A DNA stretch of 52,534 bases from Pseudomonadota bacterium (lineage in GTDB: Bacteria > Pseudomonadota > Gammaproteobacteria > Burkholderiales > SG8-39). Position 1 is the stretch's first letter, and each line of letters begins with the position of its first letter. The stretch spans positions 1-52,534 of the forward strand of contig JAKALD010000001.1 of NCBI GenBank assembly GCA_021813275.1, in the 5' to 3' direction. Positions 1 through 8,952 of this stretch are shown here, in pieces. The notes beneath the pieces were generated by a model, which did no database searches, was not told the DNA's origin, and saw only the letters and a program-made list of their open reading frames with translations. A program made the translations under genes and the position numbers.

Positions 1-301
1 GCTCGAGATCGGGATCACCATCGCGGGCGGCGCGCGCACCATCCTGCTGGACGAGCCGACCGCCGGCATGAGCCGCACCGAGACCGCGCAGGCGGTCGAG
101 CTGATCCGCCAGGTCACGGAAGGCAGGACGCTGGTGATGGTCGAGCACGACATGGGCGTCGTGTTCGATCTGGCCGACCGGATCAGCGTGCTCGTCTACG
201 GCGAGGTGCTCGCGAGCGGCTCCCCGGCCGAGATCCGCGCCAGCGCGGCGGTGCAAGAGGCGTACCTCGGCGCGTTGCACAAGGAGGCCGCGCATGCTTG
301 A
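1..301 (+). CDS. livG: Branched-chain amino acid ABC transporter ATP-binding protein, LivG-like (C-terminal part; the gene starts upstream of the window)
   Basis: Frame 2 is open from the window edge. The translation contains Walker B ILLDEPTAGM and the H-loop region LVMVEHDM. It overlaps the next ATPase gene by 8 nt, as is usual for livG-livF. Confidence 0.8.
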   Translation, partial: LEIGITIAGGARTILLDEPTAGMSRTETAQAVELIRQVTEGRTLVMVEHDMGVVFDLADRISVLVYGEVLASGSPAEIRASAAVQEAYLGALHKEAAHA

Positions 302-989
302 GGTGCGCGACCTGCACGCGTTCTACGGCAAGAGCCACATCCTGCACGGCGTGCACCTGTCGGTGGGCGCGGGCGAGATCGTGTCGCTGCTCGGCAGGAA
401 CGGCGTGGGCCGCTCGACCACGGTGAAGGCGATCATGGGGCTCGCCGAGTGCCGCGGCTCGATCCGCTTCAAGGACGAGGAGATCGCCGGCGAGAAGGCC
501 TACCGCATCGCGCACAAGGGCCTGGGCTACGTGCCCGAGAACCGCGACATCTTCCCGACGCTCACCGTGCGCCAGAACCTGCTGCTCGGGCAGAAGTCCG
601 CGCGCGCCGCGGGGCGCTGGAGGATGGAGGACATGTTCGCGCTCTTCCCGCGGCTCAAGGAGCGCGCCGACACGCAGGCCGGCGTGCTCTCGGGCGGGGA
701 GCAGCAGATGCTCACGCTCGCCCGCACGCTGATGGGCGACCCCGAGCTCATCATGATCGACGAGCCGACCGAGGGGCTCGCGCCGAAGATCGTCGCGCAG
801 ATGGCGGAGCTCTTCCAGGAGATCCGGCGCCGCGGCATCGCGATCCTGCTGGTCGAGCAGAAGCTCGCCATCGCGCTCGACATCTCGCAGCGGCTGTACG
901 TGATGGGCCACGGACGCATCGTGTTCGAGGGCTCGCCGCAGGACATCCGCACCGACGCCGCCATGCGCAAGGAGTGGCTCGAGGTCTGA
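294..989 (+). CDS. livF: Branched-chain amino acid ABC transporter ATP-binding protein, LivF-like
   Basis: 231 aa. Walker A GRNGVGRST, ABC signature LSGGEQQM and Walker B LIMIDEPTEG are present. The N-terminus MLEVRDLHAFYG is typical of LivF. Confidence 0.85.
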   Translation: MLEVRDLHAFYGKSHILHGVHLSVGAGEIVSLLGRNGVGRSTTVKAIMGLAECRGSIRFKDEEIAGEKAYRIAHKGLGYVPENRDIFPTLTVRQNLLLGQKSARAAGRWRMEDMFALFPRLKERADTQAGVLSGGEQQMLTLARTLMGDPELIMIDEPTEGLAPKIVAQMAELFQEIRRRGIAILLVEQKLAIALDISQRLYVMGHGRIVFEGSPQDIRTDAAMRKEWLEV

Positions 990-1044
990 GTTTGCCGCTA
1001 AAATCCCGCCTTCCCGCGCGGCAGTCCATCCGGAGATTCCCCTC

Positions 1045-3144
1045 ATGAGCGACAGCGACGCAGCCCGGTATTCCGTCCGCGACGGCATCGCCGTCATCGC
1101 GATGAACAACCCTCCGGTCAACGGCCTCGGGCACGCGCTGCGGACCGGAATCATGGACGGCCTGAAGAAGGCCGCTGCCGATCCGGCGGTCAAGGCGATC
1201 GTGCTCGCCGGTTCGGCGAAGGCGTTCTCCGGCGGGGCCGACATCCGCGAGTTCAACACCCCCAAGGCCTCGCTGCCGCCCACCCTGCACGAGATCATCG
1301 CCGCGCAGGACGCGAGCGCGAAGACGATCGTCGCCGCGATCGGCGGCTTCGCGATGGGCGGGGGCCTGGAGCTCGCGCTCGGGTGCCACTACCGCGTGGC
1401 CGCCCCCAAGGCGCAGCTCGCGCTGCCCGAAGTGAAGCTCGGCATCCTGCCCGGCGCCGGCGGCACGCAGCGCCTGCCGCGCGTCGTGCCCGCCGCCGAG
1501 GCGCTCAGAATGATGACCACCGGCGAGCCGATCCCCGCCGAGAAGGCGCGGGAGCTCGGGCTGGTGGACGAGATTGCCGCCGGCGACCTGCTCGAGGCGG
1601 CGCTCGCCTACGCGCAGAGGCTCGCGACCGAGGGCAAGGGCCCGCGCCGCGTCCGCGACATGAAGCCGAAGCTCGAAGGCGACCCGAAGGCGTTCTTCGA
1701 GGCCGCGCGCGCCGAGGTCGCGAAGGCGAGCAGGGGCTATCCGGCGCCGCTCGAGATCGTCGCCTGCGTCGAGGCGGCGGTCACGCGACCCTTCGACGAG
1801 GGCCTGAAGGAGGAGCGCCGGCGCTTCGAGCACCTGGTGAACACGACCGAGTCGAAGGCGCTGCGCCACATGTTCTTCGCCGAGCGCCAGACGACCAAGA
1901 TCCCGGACGTGCCCGAGGACACGCCGACGCGCGAGATCAGGAAGGCGGCGATCGTCGGCGCGGGCACCATGGGCGGCGGCATCGCGATGAGCTTCGCGAA
2001 CGCCGGCATCCCGGTGACGCTCGTCGAGATGAAGCAGGAGGCGCTCGAGCGCGGCCTCGCGACGATCCGCAAGAACTACGCGAGCACCGTGGCGAAGGGG
2101 CGCCTCAAGCAGGAGGACATGGACAAGCGCACGGCGCTCATCGCGCCGAGCCTCAAGCTCGAGGACGCGCGCGGCGCGGACATCGTGATCGAGGCGGTGT
2201 TCGAGAGGATGGACGTCAAGCAGGACGTGTTCAGGAAGCTCGACGCGACCATGAAGCCGGGCGCGATCCTCGCCACCAACACCTCGACCCTCGACGTGAA
2301 CGCGATCGCCGCGGTGACGAAGCGCCCGCAGGACGTGATCGGCACGCACTTCTTCTCGCCGGCCAACGTGATGCGGCTCCTCGAGGTGGTGCGCGGCGCA
2401 CGGACCGCCAAGGACGTGCTCGCCACCACGCTGCAGCTCGGCAGGCGGCTGAGGAAGGTGCCGGTCGTCTCGGGCGTGTGCGACGGCTTCATCGGCAACC
2501 GCATGATCGAGAAGTACGGCCAGCAGAGCCTCTTCCTGCTCGACGAGGGGGCTTCGCCTTCGCAGGTCGACGCGGCGGCGCAGAAATGGGGCCTTGCGAT
2601 GGGGCCCTTCGCCATGGGCGACATGGCGGGCCTGGACATCGGCTGGGAGATCCGCAAGCGCCGCTACCAGGAGCGGCCGAACTTCGTGTACTCGCGCGTC
2701 GGCGACCGCGTCTGCGAGCAGGGGCGCTTCGGGCAGAAGACCGGCAAGGGCTGGTACCTGTACGAGCCGGGCAGCCGCAAGCCGCTCCCCGATCCGGCGG
2801 TCGACAAGATCATCGCCGAGTACCGCAAGGAAATCGGCGTCGCGCCGCGCGCGATCGGCGACGAGGAGATCGTCGAGCGCCTCGTCTACGCGCTCGTCAA
2901 CGAGGCCGCGTACATCCTCGAGGAGGGCATCGCGCTGCGCGCCTCCGACATCGACATGGTGTACCTCACCGGCTACGGATTTCCGCCCTACCGCGGCGGG
3001 CCGATGTTCTACGCCGACACCGTGGGCCTTCCCAAGGTGCTCGCCTCGATCGAGAAATTCCAGAAGGGCTATCGCGGCGAGGTGTGGAAGCCCGCGCCGC
3101 TGCTGGTGAAGCTCGCGCGCGAAGGCAAACGCTTTAACGGCTAG
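1045..3144 (+). CDS. Fused enoyl-CoA hydratase / 3-hydroxyacyl-CoA dehydrogenase (FadB/FadJ-like beta-oxidation multifunctional enzyme)
   Basis: 699 aa. The N-terminal part is a crotonase fold ([15 protein letters not shown]). The central part has a Rossmann motif ([12 protein letters not shown]) followed by a 3-hydroxyacyl-CoA dehydrogenase C-terminal region. Confidence 0.9.
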   Translation: MSDSDAARYSVRDGIAVIAMNNPPVNGLGHALRTGIMDGLKKAAADPAVKAIVLAGSAKAFSGGADIREFNTPKASLPPTLHEIIAAQDASAKTIVAAIGGFAMGGGLELALGCHYRVAAPKAQLALPEVKLGILPGAGGTQRLPRVVPAAEALRMMTTGEPIPAEKARELGLVDEIAAGDLLEAALAYAQRLATEGKGPRRVRDMKPKLEGDPKAFFEAARAEVAKASRGYPAPLEIVACVEAAVTRPFDEGLKEERRRFEHLVNTTESKALRHMFFAERQTTKIPDVPEDTPTREIRKAAIVGAGTMGGGIAMSFANAGIPVTLVEMKQEALERGLATIRKNYASTVAKGRLKQEDMDKRTALIAPSLKLEDARGADIVIEAVFERMDVKQDVFRKLDATMKPGAILATNTSTLDVNAIAAVTKRPQDVIGTHFFSPANVMRLLEVVRGARTAKDVLATTLQLGRRLRKVPVVSGVCDGFIGNRMIEKYGQQSLFLLDEGASPSQVDAAAQKWGLAMGPFAMGDMAGLDIGWEIRKRRYQERPNFVYSRVGDRVCEQGRFGQKTGKGWYLYEPGSRKPLPDPAVDKIIAEYRKEIGVAPRAIGDEEIVERLVYALVNEAAYILEEGIALRASDIDMVYLTGYGFPPYRGGPMFYADTVGLPKVLASIEKFQKGYRGEVWKPAPLLVKLAREGKRFNG

Positions 3145-3154
3145 GAGAAGATTC

Positions 3155-4333
3155 ATGACCGACGCAGTCATCGTTTCCACTGCACGCACCCCACTGTGCA
3201 AGAGCTGGCGCGGGGCGCTCAACATGACCCACGGCGCCACGATGGGCGGCCACGTGGTGAAGCACGCCGTCGAGCGCGCGCGGCTCGAGCCGGGCGAGGT
3301 CTACGACGTGATCATGGGATGCGCCAACCCCGAGGGCGCGACCGGCGCGAACATCGCGCGCCAAATCGCGCTGCGCGCGGGGCTGCCGGTCACGGTCTCG
3401 GGAATGACCGTGAACCGCTTCTGCTCCTCGGGCCTGCAGACCGTGGCGCTCGCGAGCCAGCGGATCCTCCAGGGCGAGGACGAGATCTTCGTTGCCGGCG
3501 GCGTCGAGTCGATCTCCTGCGTGCAGAACGAGGCGAACAAGCACATGATCCACGAGGACTGGCTCGTCAAGAACAAGCCCGAGATCTACTGGACCATGCT
3601 GCAGACCGCCGAGATGGTTTCCAAGCGCTACAAGATCAGCCGCGAAGCCCAGGACCGCTACGGCGTCGAGAGCCAGCTGAAAGCGGCGAAATCGCGCGCC
3701 GCGGGCAAGTTCAAGGACGAGATCGTCCCCTTGAGCACGAAGATGAAGGTCGTCGACAAGACGACCGGGGTCGAGACGCTGAAGGACGTGACGACTTCCG
3801 AAGACGAAGGCATCCGCCCCGACACCACCTACGAGGGCGTGTCGCAGATCAAGCCCGCGCTCGAGGGCGGCGTGATCGCCGCGGGCAACGCGAGCCAGTT
3901 CTCCGACGGCGCCTCCGCCCAGGTGCTGATGAGCGACAAGCGCGCGGCGGCGAGGGGCTTGAAGCCGATGGGCGTATTCCGCGGCTTCGCCGTGGCCGGC
4001 TGCGAGCCCGACGAGATGGGCATCGGCCCGGTGTTCGCGGTGCCCAAGCTCCTCAAGCAGACCGGCATGAAGATGGAGGACATCGGCCTGTGGGAGCTGA
4101 ACGAGGCCTTCGCGGTGCAGGTGATCTACTGCCGCGACAAGCTGGGCATTCCGAGCGAGCGCCTGAACGTCGACGGCGGCGCGATCGCGGTCGGCCACCC
4201 CTACGGCATGACCGGCTCGCGCCTGATCGGCCACGCGCTGATCGAGGGCAAGCGCCGCGGCGTGAAGCACGTCGTCGTCACGCTTTGCATCGGCGGCGGA
4301 ATGGGAGCGGCGGGATTGTTCGAGGTCGTCTGA
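3155..4333 (+). CDS. Acetyl-CoA C-acyltransferase (3-ketoacyl-CoA thiolase)
   Basis: 392 aa. The active-site Cys context NRFCSSGLQ and the C-terminal motif CIGGGMG are typical of thiolases. An AGGAGAAG ribosome-binding site lies just upstream, and the gene follows the hydratase/dehydrogenase gene directly. Confidence 0.9.
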   Translation: MTDAVIVSTARTPLCKSWRGALNMTHGATMGGHVVKHAVERARLEPGEVYDVIMGCANPEGATGANIARQIALRAGLPVTVSGMTVNRFCSSGLQTVALASQRILQGEDEIFVAGGVESISCVQNEANKHMIHEDWLVKNKPEIYWTMLQTAEMVSKRYKISREAQDRYGVESQLKAAKSRAAGKFKDEIVPLSTKMKVVDKTTGVETLKDVTTSEDEGIRPDTTYEGVSQIKPALEGGVIAAGNASQFSDGASAQVLMSDKRAAARGLKPMGVFRGFAVAGCEPDEMGIGPVFAVPKLLKQTGMKMEDIGLWELNEAFAVQVIYCRDKLGIPSERLNVDGGAIAVGHPYGMTGSRLIGHALIEGKRRGVKHVVVTLCIGGGMGAAGLFEVV

Positions 4334-4346
4334 CCCGCTTCACGCA

Positions 4347-5273
4347 GTGAAGATCGCGATCGTCGGGACAGGCGCTATGGGGTCGGTGTACGCGACGCTG
4401 TTCGCCGCCGCGGGCCACGAAGTGTGGGCGATCGACCGCTGGCGCGAGCACGTCGAGGCGATGCGCGCGCACGGCCTGCGCCTCGAGGGCGCATCGGGCG
4501 ATCGGACGGTGCGCGTGCACGCGACGAATGACGCGCGCGACGCAGGCAGCTGCGACCTCGTGATCATCGCCACCAAGGCGATGCACGTCGCGCAGGCGGC
4601 TGAGGCGGCGAAGGCGCTCCTCAAGCCCGACACCATGGTGCTCTCGATCCAGAACGGCCTGGGCGGGCCGGATGCCGCCGCCTCGGTGCTCGGCCGCGAG
4701 CGCGTCATGGTCGGCGTGGTCGGCGGCTTCGGCGCCTCGATCAAGGCGCCGGGCCACGCGCATCACAACGGCTGGGAGCTGGTGCGCCTGGGCGAGCTCG
4801 CGGGGCCGGTCACGCCGCGCTTGGAGAGCATCGCCGAGCTGTGGCGCGGGGCGGGCTTTCGCGTGAAGGTCTTCGACGACATCGATCAGCTCGTCTGGGA
4901 AAAGCTCGTCTGCAACTGCGCCTATTCCGGTCCCTGCGCGCTCCTCGACTGCACGATCGCCGAGCTGATGGCCGACGCCGACGGCGCGCAGGTCTCGGCC
5001 GGCTGCGCGACCGAGGCCTTCCAGGCCGCGCACGCGAAGGGCGTCAGGCTGGGCTTCTCCGACCCGGTGGCCTACGTGCGCGAGTTCGGCTCGAAGATCC
5101 CGAACGCGCGGCCCTCGGTCCTCCTCGACCTGATGGCCGGGCGCAAGTCCGAGATCGACGTGATCAACGGCGCGATCCCGCGGGTCGCGCGCGAACACGG
5201 CATCGCTGCGCCCTACAACGCGGTGGTGACCGCGCTGGTGCGCGCCAAGGAGCGTCGCCTGGGCTGCGCCTAG
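4347..5273 (+). CDS. Ketopantoate reductase family (PanE/ApbA-like) NAD(P)-dependent oxidoreductase
   Basis: 308 aa with a GTG start. The N-terminal dinucleotide fold is KIAIVGTGAMGS, and the overall pattern is ApbA/PanE-like. The specific substrate is not inferable. Confidence 0.7.
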   Translation: MKIAIVGTGAMGSVYATLFAAAGHEVWAIDRWREHVEAMRAHGLRLEGASGDRTVRVHATNDARDAGSCDLVIIATKAMHVAQAAEAAKALLKPDTMVLSIQNGLGGPDAAASVLGRERVMVGVVGGFGASIKAPGHAHHNGWELVRLGELAGPVTPRLESIAELWRGAGFRVKVFDDIDQLVWEKLVCNCAYSGPCALLDCTIAELMADADGAQVSAGCATEAFQAAHAKGVRLGFSDPVAYVREFGSKIPNARPSVLLDLMAGRKSEIDVINGAIPRVAREHGIAAPYNAVVTALVRAKERRLGCA

Positions 5274-5298
5274 GATTCGCCGCCGCGCCGGGCGCGCG

Positions 5299-6477
5299 CT
5301 ACGAGAACCAGTGCTCGGCTGGCCGCGCGAAGAACTCTTCCAGCGGCACGCCCGTCTCACCAACGATCCATGGCGTCGCCCTGGGGTAGCGCTTGCGGAA
5401 AGCGGCGATGCCGCTCGGCTTGCCGCCGCGGCCGCTCTTCACTTCGATCGCCCACGAGCGCGCGCCCGAGCTGACGACGAAGTCCACCTCGTCCCCGTTC
5501 GCGCGCCAGTAGGCAACGTTCCACTGCGGCCCCTGCAGGCCGTTGAGCAGGTACGCGCCGACCGCGTTCTCGACGAGCCGCCCCCACCAGGCGCCGTCGG
5601 CGCGCGCCTGCCGAAAGCCGAGCAACGAGGGCGCGTTGACGAGCGCATTGTTCCAGAGGATGAGCTTGGGGCTGCTGCCTCGGCGCCGCACCTGCCCCTT
5701 GGCGTAGAGCTCGAGCCCGCTCGCGAGGAACGCCGTCTCGAGCAGCCGCAGGTAGGACGCGAGGGTCACGGTGTTGCCCGCGTCCTGGAGCTGCCCGAGC
5801 ATCTTCGTGTAGGAAAGGATCTGCGCGGGGTAGGCGGCGGCGAGCGCAAATAGGTGCCGCAGCAGCGCCGGCTTGGCGACGGTCTGCATTTGCAGGACGT
5901 CGCGCGCGATCACCGTCTCGATGAGCGAGTCGGTGACGTAGCGCTTCCAGGCCGTTTCGTCGCGCGCGAGCGGCGCCGCGCCGGGGTAGCCGCCGAAGTA
6001 GATCCAGCGCTCGAGCGGCCAGTCGAAGGCTTCGCCACACTCCGGCCACGACCAGTGCGCGCAGCGGTGCAGGTAGAACCGGCCCGCGAGGCTCTCGGTC
6101 AGCCCCTTCTGCACCAGCAGCGCCGACGAGCCGAGCAGGAGCGGCCGCACCCGGCCGCCCGCGCGCGCCTCCTCGTCCCACAGACGCTTGACCACCTCGC
6201 TCCAGCCGCGCACTTTCTGGATTTCGTCGAGCACCAGCAGCACGCGGCCCCGGCCGGCCGCGCGCGCGAGGCGCCACTGGGTCTCGATCCACTCCGGCGG
6301 ATGCGGCAGCGGCGCGTCGGCCGACGCGACGTGGCTCGGCCAGCCTAGGCGCGCCACCGCGTGCGCGGCGGCGGTGGTCTTGCCGACCTGCCGCGGGCCG
6401 ACCAGCACCTGCAGACGCGGTGGCCGCCGGGCAAGGCCGCGGCACAGCTCGGCGACGATGGCGCGCTCGAAGGTCAC
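5299..6477 (-). CDS. AAA+ ATPase with DUF4143-type C-terminal domain (COG1373-like)
   Basis: 392 aa with a GTG start. Walker A is GPRQVGKTT and Walker B-like is LLVLDEIQ. The C-terminal segment DEVDFVV...WAIEVKSG resembles a PD-(D/E)xK nuclease-fold motif, as described for DUF4143. Confidence 0.8.
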   Translation of the reverse strand: MTFERAIVAELCRGLARRPPRLQVLVGPRQVGKTTAAAHAVARLGWPSHVASADAPLPHPPEWIETQWRLARAAGRGRVLLVLDEIQKVRGWSEVVKRLWDEEARAGGRVRPLLLGSSALLVQKGLTESLAGRFYLHRCAHWSWPECGEAFDWPLERWIYFGGYPGAAPLARDETAWKRYVTDSLIETVIARDVLQMQTVAKPALLRHLFALAAAYPAQILSYTKMLGQLQDAGNTVTLASYLRLLETAFLASGLELYAKGQVRRRGSSPKLILWNNALVNAPSLLGFRQARADGAWWGRLVENAVGAYLLNGLQGPQWNVAYWRANGDEVDFVVSSGARSWAIEVKSGRGGKPSGIAAFRKRYPRATPWIVGETGVPLEEFFARPAEHWFS

Positions 6478-6483
6478 GCCGCG

Positions 6484-6512
6484 ATTCTAGCGTTTACTCA
6501 GTCACTGAGCAA
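6484..6512 (-). promoter_or_regulatory. Candidate sigma70-type promoter of the DUF4143 ATPase gene, possibly giving a leaderless mRNA
   Basis: Read on the minus strand: TTGCTC, 17 nt spacer, TAGAAT. The -10 hexamer ends 6 nt before the GTG start at 6477. The region is sharply AT-rich compared with its flanks. Confidence 0.35.
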
Positions 6513-6533
6513 AAATTACTCAGTCACTGAGTA
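6494..6533. repeat. Two copies of the 16-nt motif TTACTCAGTCACTGAG, 22 bp apart, each a palindromic operator-like site
   Basis: Positions 6494-6509 and 6516-6531 are identical. The second copy extends to a perfect odd-centred 17-bp palindrome, TACTCAGTCACTGAGTA (6517-6533). The first copy matches that palindrome imperfectly. Confidence 0.75.
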
Positions 6534-6580
6534 TTTTGGCAGGCGAGGCGGCGCGCCGATCGCAGCGCGATGCGACGCGC

Positions 6581-7741
6581 TCAGCCCGGCGCGCGCAGGC
6601 CGCGCAGCCGGAACGCCGGCACCGGGTGCGCGAAGCCGCGCAGCCGCAGCGACCCGATCGGCTCGGTGTCGGCCTTGTCGAGCAGCTCGGCCTCGGTCTG
6701 GGCGTCCAGGACGATCTCGCCGGCGCGCGCCTCGCCGCACAGGCGCGCCGCGAGGTTCGGCACGTTGCCGATCGCGGCGTACTCCCAGCGCTGCTCGAAG
6801 CCGATCACGCCGAGCGTCGCCTCGCCCTGGGCGATGCCGATCCCGAGGCCTACCTCGTGGCCGAGCCTCGCCCAGGCCTCGGCGATGGGCATGAACGCCT
6901 TCTGCAGACCGGCGGCCATGCGCACGGCGCGCTCGGCCGGGCGGTCGACCGGGAACGGGTCGTTGAAGAAGATCATCACGCCGTCGCCCGCGAAGTGCTC
7001 GAGCGTCCCGCCGTAGCTGCCTACGATCGTGCCGAGCGTCGCGTGGTAGCTGCGCAGCAGCTCGAGTACCTCCTCCGGATCGGCGCGGTCGGTGAAGGCG
7101 GTGAAGCCGCGCAGGTCGAGGAACACCGCGGTGATCTCGCGCCGGTGCGGCGCGAGCATGTCTTCGCCGCCCGCTTCGATCGCCTCGGCCACGTGCGGCG
7201 AGAAGAAGCGCTTGAGCCGCCCGAGGCGCTGGATCGCGCCGACCTGCTCGTTGACGCGCTCCTCAAGCCTCGCGTTCCAGTCGCGCAGCGCCTCGGCCTG
7301 CCGGCGCACCTCGTCCTGCAGCGATTTGACGCGCAAGAGCGAGCGCACGCGCGCGAACAGCTCCGTCCAGTTGACCGGCTTGGCGAGGAAATCGTCGGCG
7401 CCCGCCTCGATGCCCTTCAGGCGCTCGGCCTGCGGCTCGAGCGAGGTGACGAGCACCACCGGCAGGAGCGCCGTCTGCGGGTCGGCGCGCAGCCGCCGGC
7501 ACAGCTCGTAGCCGTCCAGCCCCGGCATCAGGATGTCGGAGACCACGAGGTCGGGATGCAGCTCGCGCACCAGCCTGAGCGCCTCCTCGCCGTCGAGCGC
7601 CGTGTGCACCTCGTAGGCGCGCTGGCGCAGCAGGCCCGCCATCAGCTCGACGTTGGTGCGCTGGTCGTCCACGACCAGGATGCGCCCCGCGCGAGCGGCT
7701 GCGCCCCCCGGCGGCGCCTTCGCCGGGTCCGAGAGGTTCAT
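6581..7741 (-). CDS. Response-regulator receiver domain fused to a class III adenylate/guanylate cyclase domain
   Basis: 386 aa after trimming the 721-aa track ORF to MNLSDPAK. The REC domain reads ILVVDDQ...DLVVSDILMPGLDG...LAKP. A coiled-coil linker follows. The cyclase homology domain reads ITAVFLDLRGFTAF...GDGVMIFF...GIGIAQGEATLGVIG. Confidence 0.85.
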   Translation of the reverse strand: MNLSDPAKAPPGGAAARAGRILVVDDQRTNVELMAGLLRQRAYEVHTALDGEEALRLVRELHPDLVVSDILMPGLDGYELCRRLRADPQTALLPVVLVTSLEPQAERLKGIEAGADDFLAKPVNWTELFARVRSLLRVKSLQDEVRRQAEALRDWNARLEERVNEQVGAIQRLGRLKRFFSPHVAEAIEAGGEDMLAPHRREITAVFLDLRGFTAFTDRADPEEVLELLRSYHATLGTIVGSYGGTLEHFAGDGVMIFFNDPFPVDRPAERAVRMAAGLQKAFMPIAEAWARLGHEVGLGIGIAQGEATLGVIGFEQRWEYAAIGNVPNLAARLCGEARAGEIVLDAQTEAELLDKADTEPIGSLRLRGFAHPVPAFRLRGLRAPG

Positions 7742-7761
7742 GCGTGCAGCCCGTGCGCGCC

Positions 7762-8868
7762 TCAGAGCACGATCACGCCGCGCGCGTTCTTGCCGGATTC
7801 GAGGTCGGCGAAGGCCTGCGCCGCCTCCTCGATCTGATAGCGGTGCGTGATCAGCTCGTCGAGCTTGAGCCGCCCCGCCATGTACAGGGCGAGCATGCGC
7901 GGGAAGTCGACCCGCGGCACGCACGAGCCGAAATAGCTCCCGGTGAGCGTCTTTTCCTCGAAGGGCAGCGTCATGGTGCGCACGCTGGTCGAGTCGCCGG
8001 GCTTGGCGACGCCCACTACGACGGCGACGCCACCGCGCCCGATCGCGCGGTACGCGACGCCGGCGAGCTCGCCGCTGCCCACGCACTCGAAGGCATAGTC
8101 CGCCCCGCCCCCGGTCAGTTTCTTGATCGGCTTGACGAGGTCTTCGCCGGCTTTCGCGAGCAGCAGGTCGGTCGCGCCGAAGCGGCGCGCCATGTCGAGC
8201 TTCGCCTGCAGCGTGTCGATCGCGACGATCCGCCCGGCGCCCGCGATCGCCGCGCCCTGAATGACGTTGAGCCCCACGCCGCCGCAGCCGAACACGGCGA
8301 CGCTCGCGCCCGGCACGACGCGCGCGGTGTTGAACACGGCGCCCACCCCGGTCGTCACCGCGCAGCCCACCAGCGCCGCGCGATCGAGCGGGATCGCGGG
8401 ATCGATCTTGACCACGTTGTCCACTGAGAGCGTCGCGTAGTCGGCCATCACGCCGCAGCCGGAGAAGACGTTGAGCGGCCTGCCCTGCCCATCGCGCGTG
8501 CGCAGCGTGCCGTCGGGCAGCGTGGTGAGCGCCTTGCCCTGCTCGAGGCAAAGCACCGGCCGCCCCATCGCGCAGAAGCGGCACTTGCCGCACATGTAGA
8601 TGAACGAGGAGACGACGTGATCGCCGACCGCGAAGCCCGTGACGCCCTCGCCCACCTCGACGACCTCGCCCGCCGCCTCGTGGCCGAGAACGAGCGGCGG
8701 CGGCATCGCGATCGTGCCGTTGGTGGCCGAGAGGTCCGAGTGGCACACGCCGCAGGCGGCGATCTTGACCATCACCTCGCCGCGCCTGGGCGAGTCCACG
8801 GTGATGCGCTCGACGACCACCGGCTTGTTCAGCTCGCGGCAGATCACCGCGCGGGCGCTATGCGCCAT
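7762..8868 (-). CDS. Zn-dependent alcohol dehydrogenase (MDR family)
   Basis: 368 aa. The catalytic Zn motif is GVCHSDL...GHEAAGEV, the structural Zn Cys cluster is CGKCRFC, and the Rossmann motif is VFGCGGVGL. Confidence 0.85.
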   Translation of the reverse strand: MAHSARAVICRELNKPVVVERITVDSPRRGEVMVKIAACGVCHSDLSATNGTIAMPPPLVLGHEAAGEVVEVGEGVTGFAVGDHVVSSFIYMCGKCRFCAMGRPVLCLEQGKALTTLPDGTLRTRDGQGRPLNVFSGCGVMADYATLSVDNVVKIDPAIPLDRAALVGCAVTTGVGAVFNTARVVPGASVAVFGCGGVGLNVIQGAAIAGAGRIVAIDTLQAKLDMARRFGATDLLLAKAGEDLVKPIKKLTGGGADYAFECVGSGELAGVAYRAIGRGGVAVVVGVAKPGDSTSVRTMTLPFEEKTLTGSYFGSCVPRVDFPRMLALYMAGRLKLDELITHRYQIEEAAQAFADLESGKNARGVIVL

Positions 8869-8952
8869 GCAATATATCCCCTCGTCCGCTCAGGCCGCCG
8901 AGTATAGCGCGCCCGCTCGGCTAAAATGGGCTTTGCCGACAAGGAGGTCCGG

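Noticed and set aside
3124-3136. GGCAAACGCTTTA, which resembles the LacI-type motif GGCAAACGTTTTC.
   Set aside because: It lies inside the last codons of the hydratase/dehydrogenase gene, breaks the central ACGT core, and has no associated promoter. It is probably coincidental.
751-3240. An 829-aa ORF on the minus strand, the longest ORF in this part of the track.
   Set aside because: It lies entirely antisense to the well-supported hydratase/dehydrogenase gene. Its translation is an Arg/Ala/Gly/Leu/Asp-rich, low-complexity shadow typical of high-GC DNA, with no recognisable motif. The same reasoning applies to other long shadow ORFs, for example 183-1298, 8890-10311, 15307-16887, 17864-19294, 32437-34440, 34416-36350, 39165-41276, 45397-47784, 48104-49837 and 50236-51723.
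6581-8746. Track ORFs that suggest very large proteins: 721 aa here, and also 13184-16741, 22571-24583, 33124-35376, 35523-37055, 36341-37855, 43345-45153, 10959-13187, 26791-28308 and 45067-46446.
   Set aside because: In each case only the C-terminal part has recognisable domains and starts at a sensible internal ATG, GTG or TTG, often with a ribosome-binding site or a coupled stop/start. The N-terminal extension overlaps the well-supported upstream gene in another frame and is Arg/Gly-rich noise. I trimmed these rather than calling fusion proteins.
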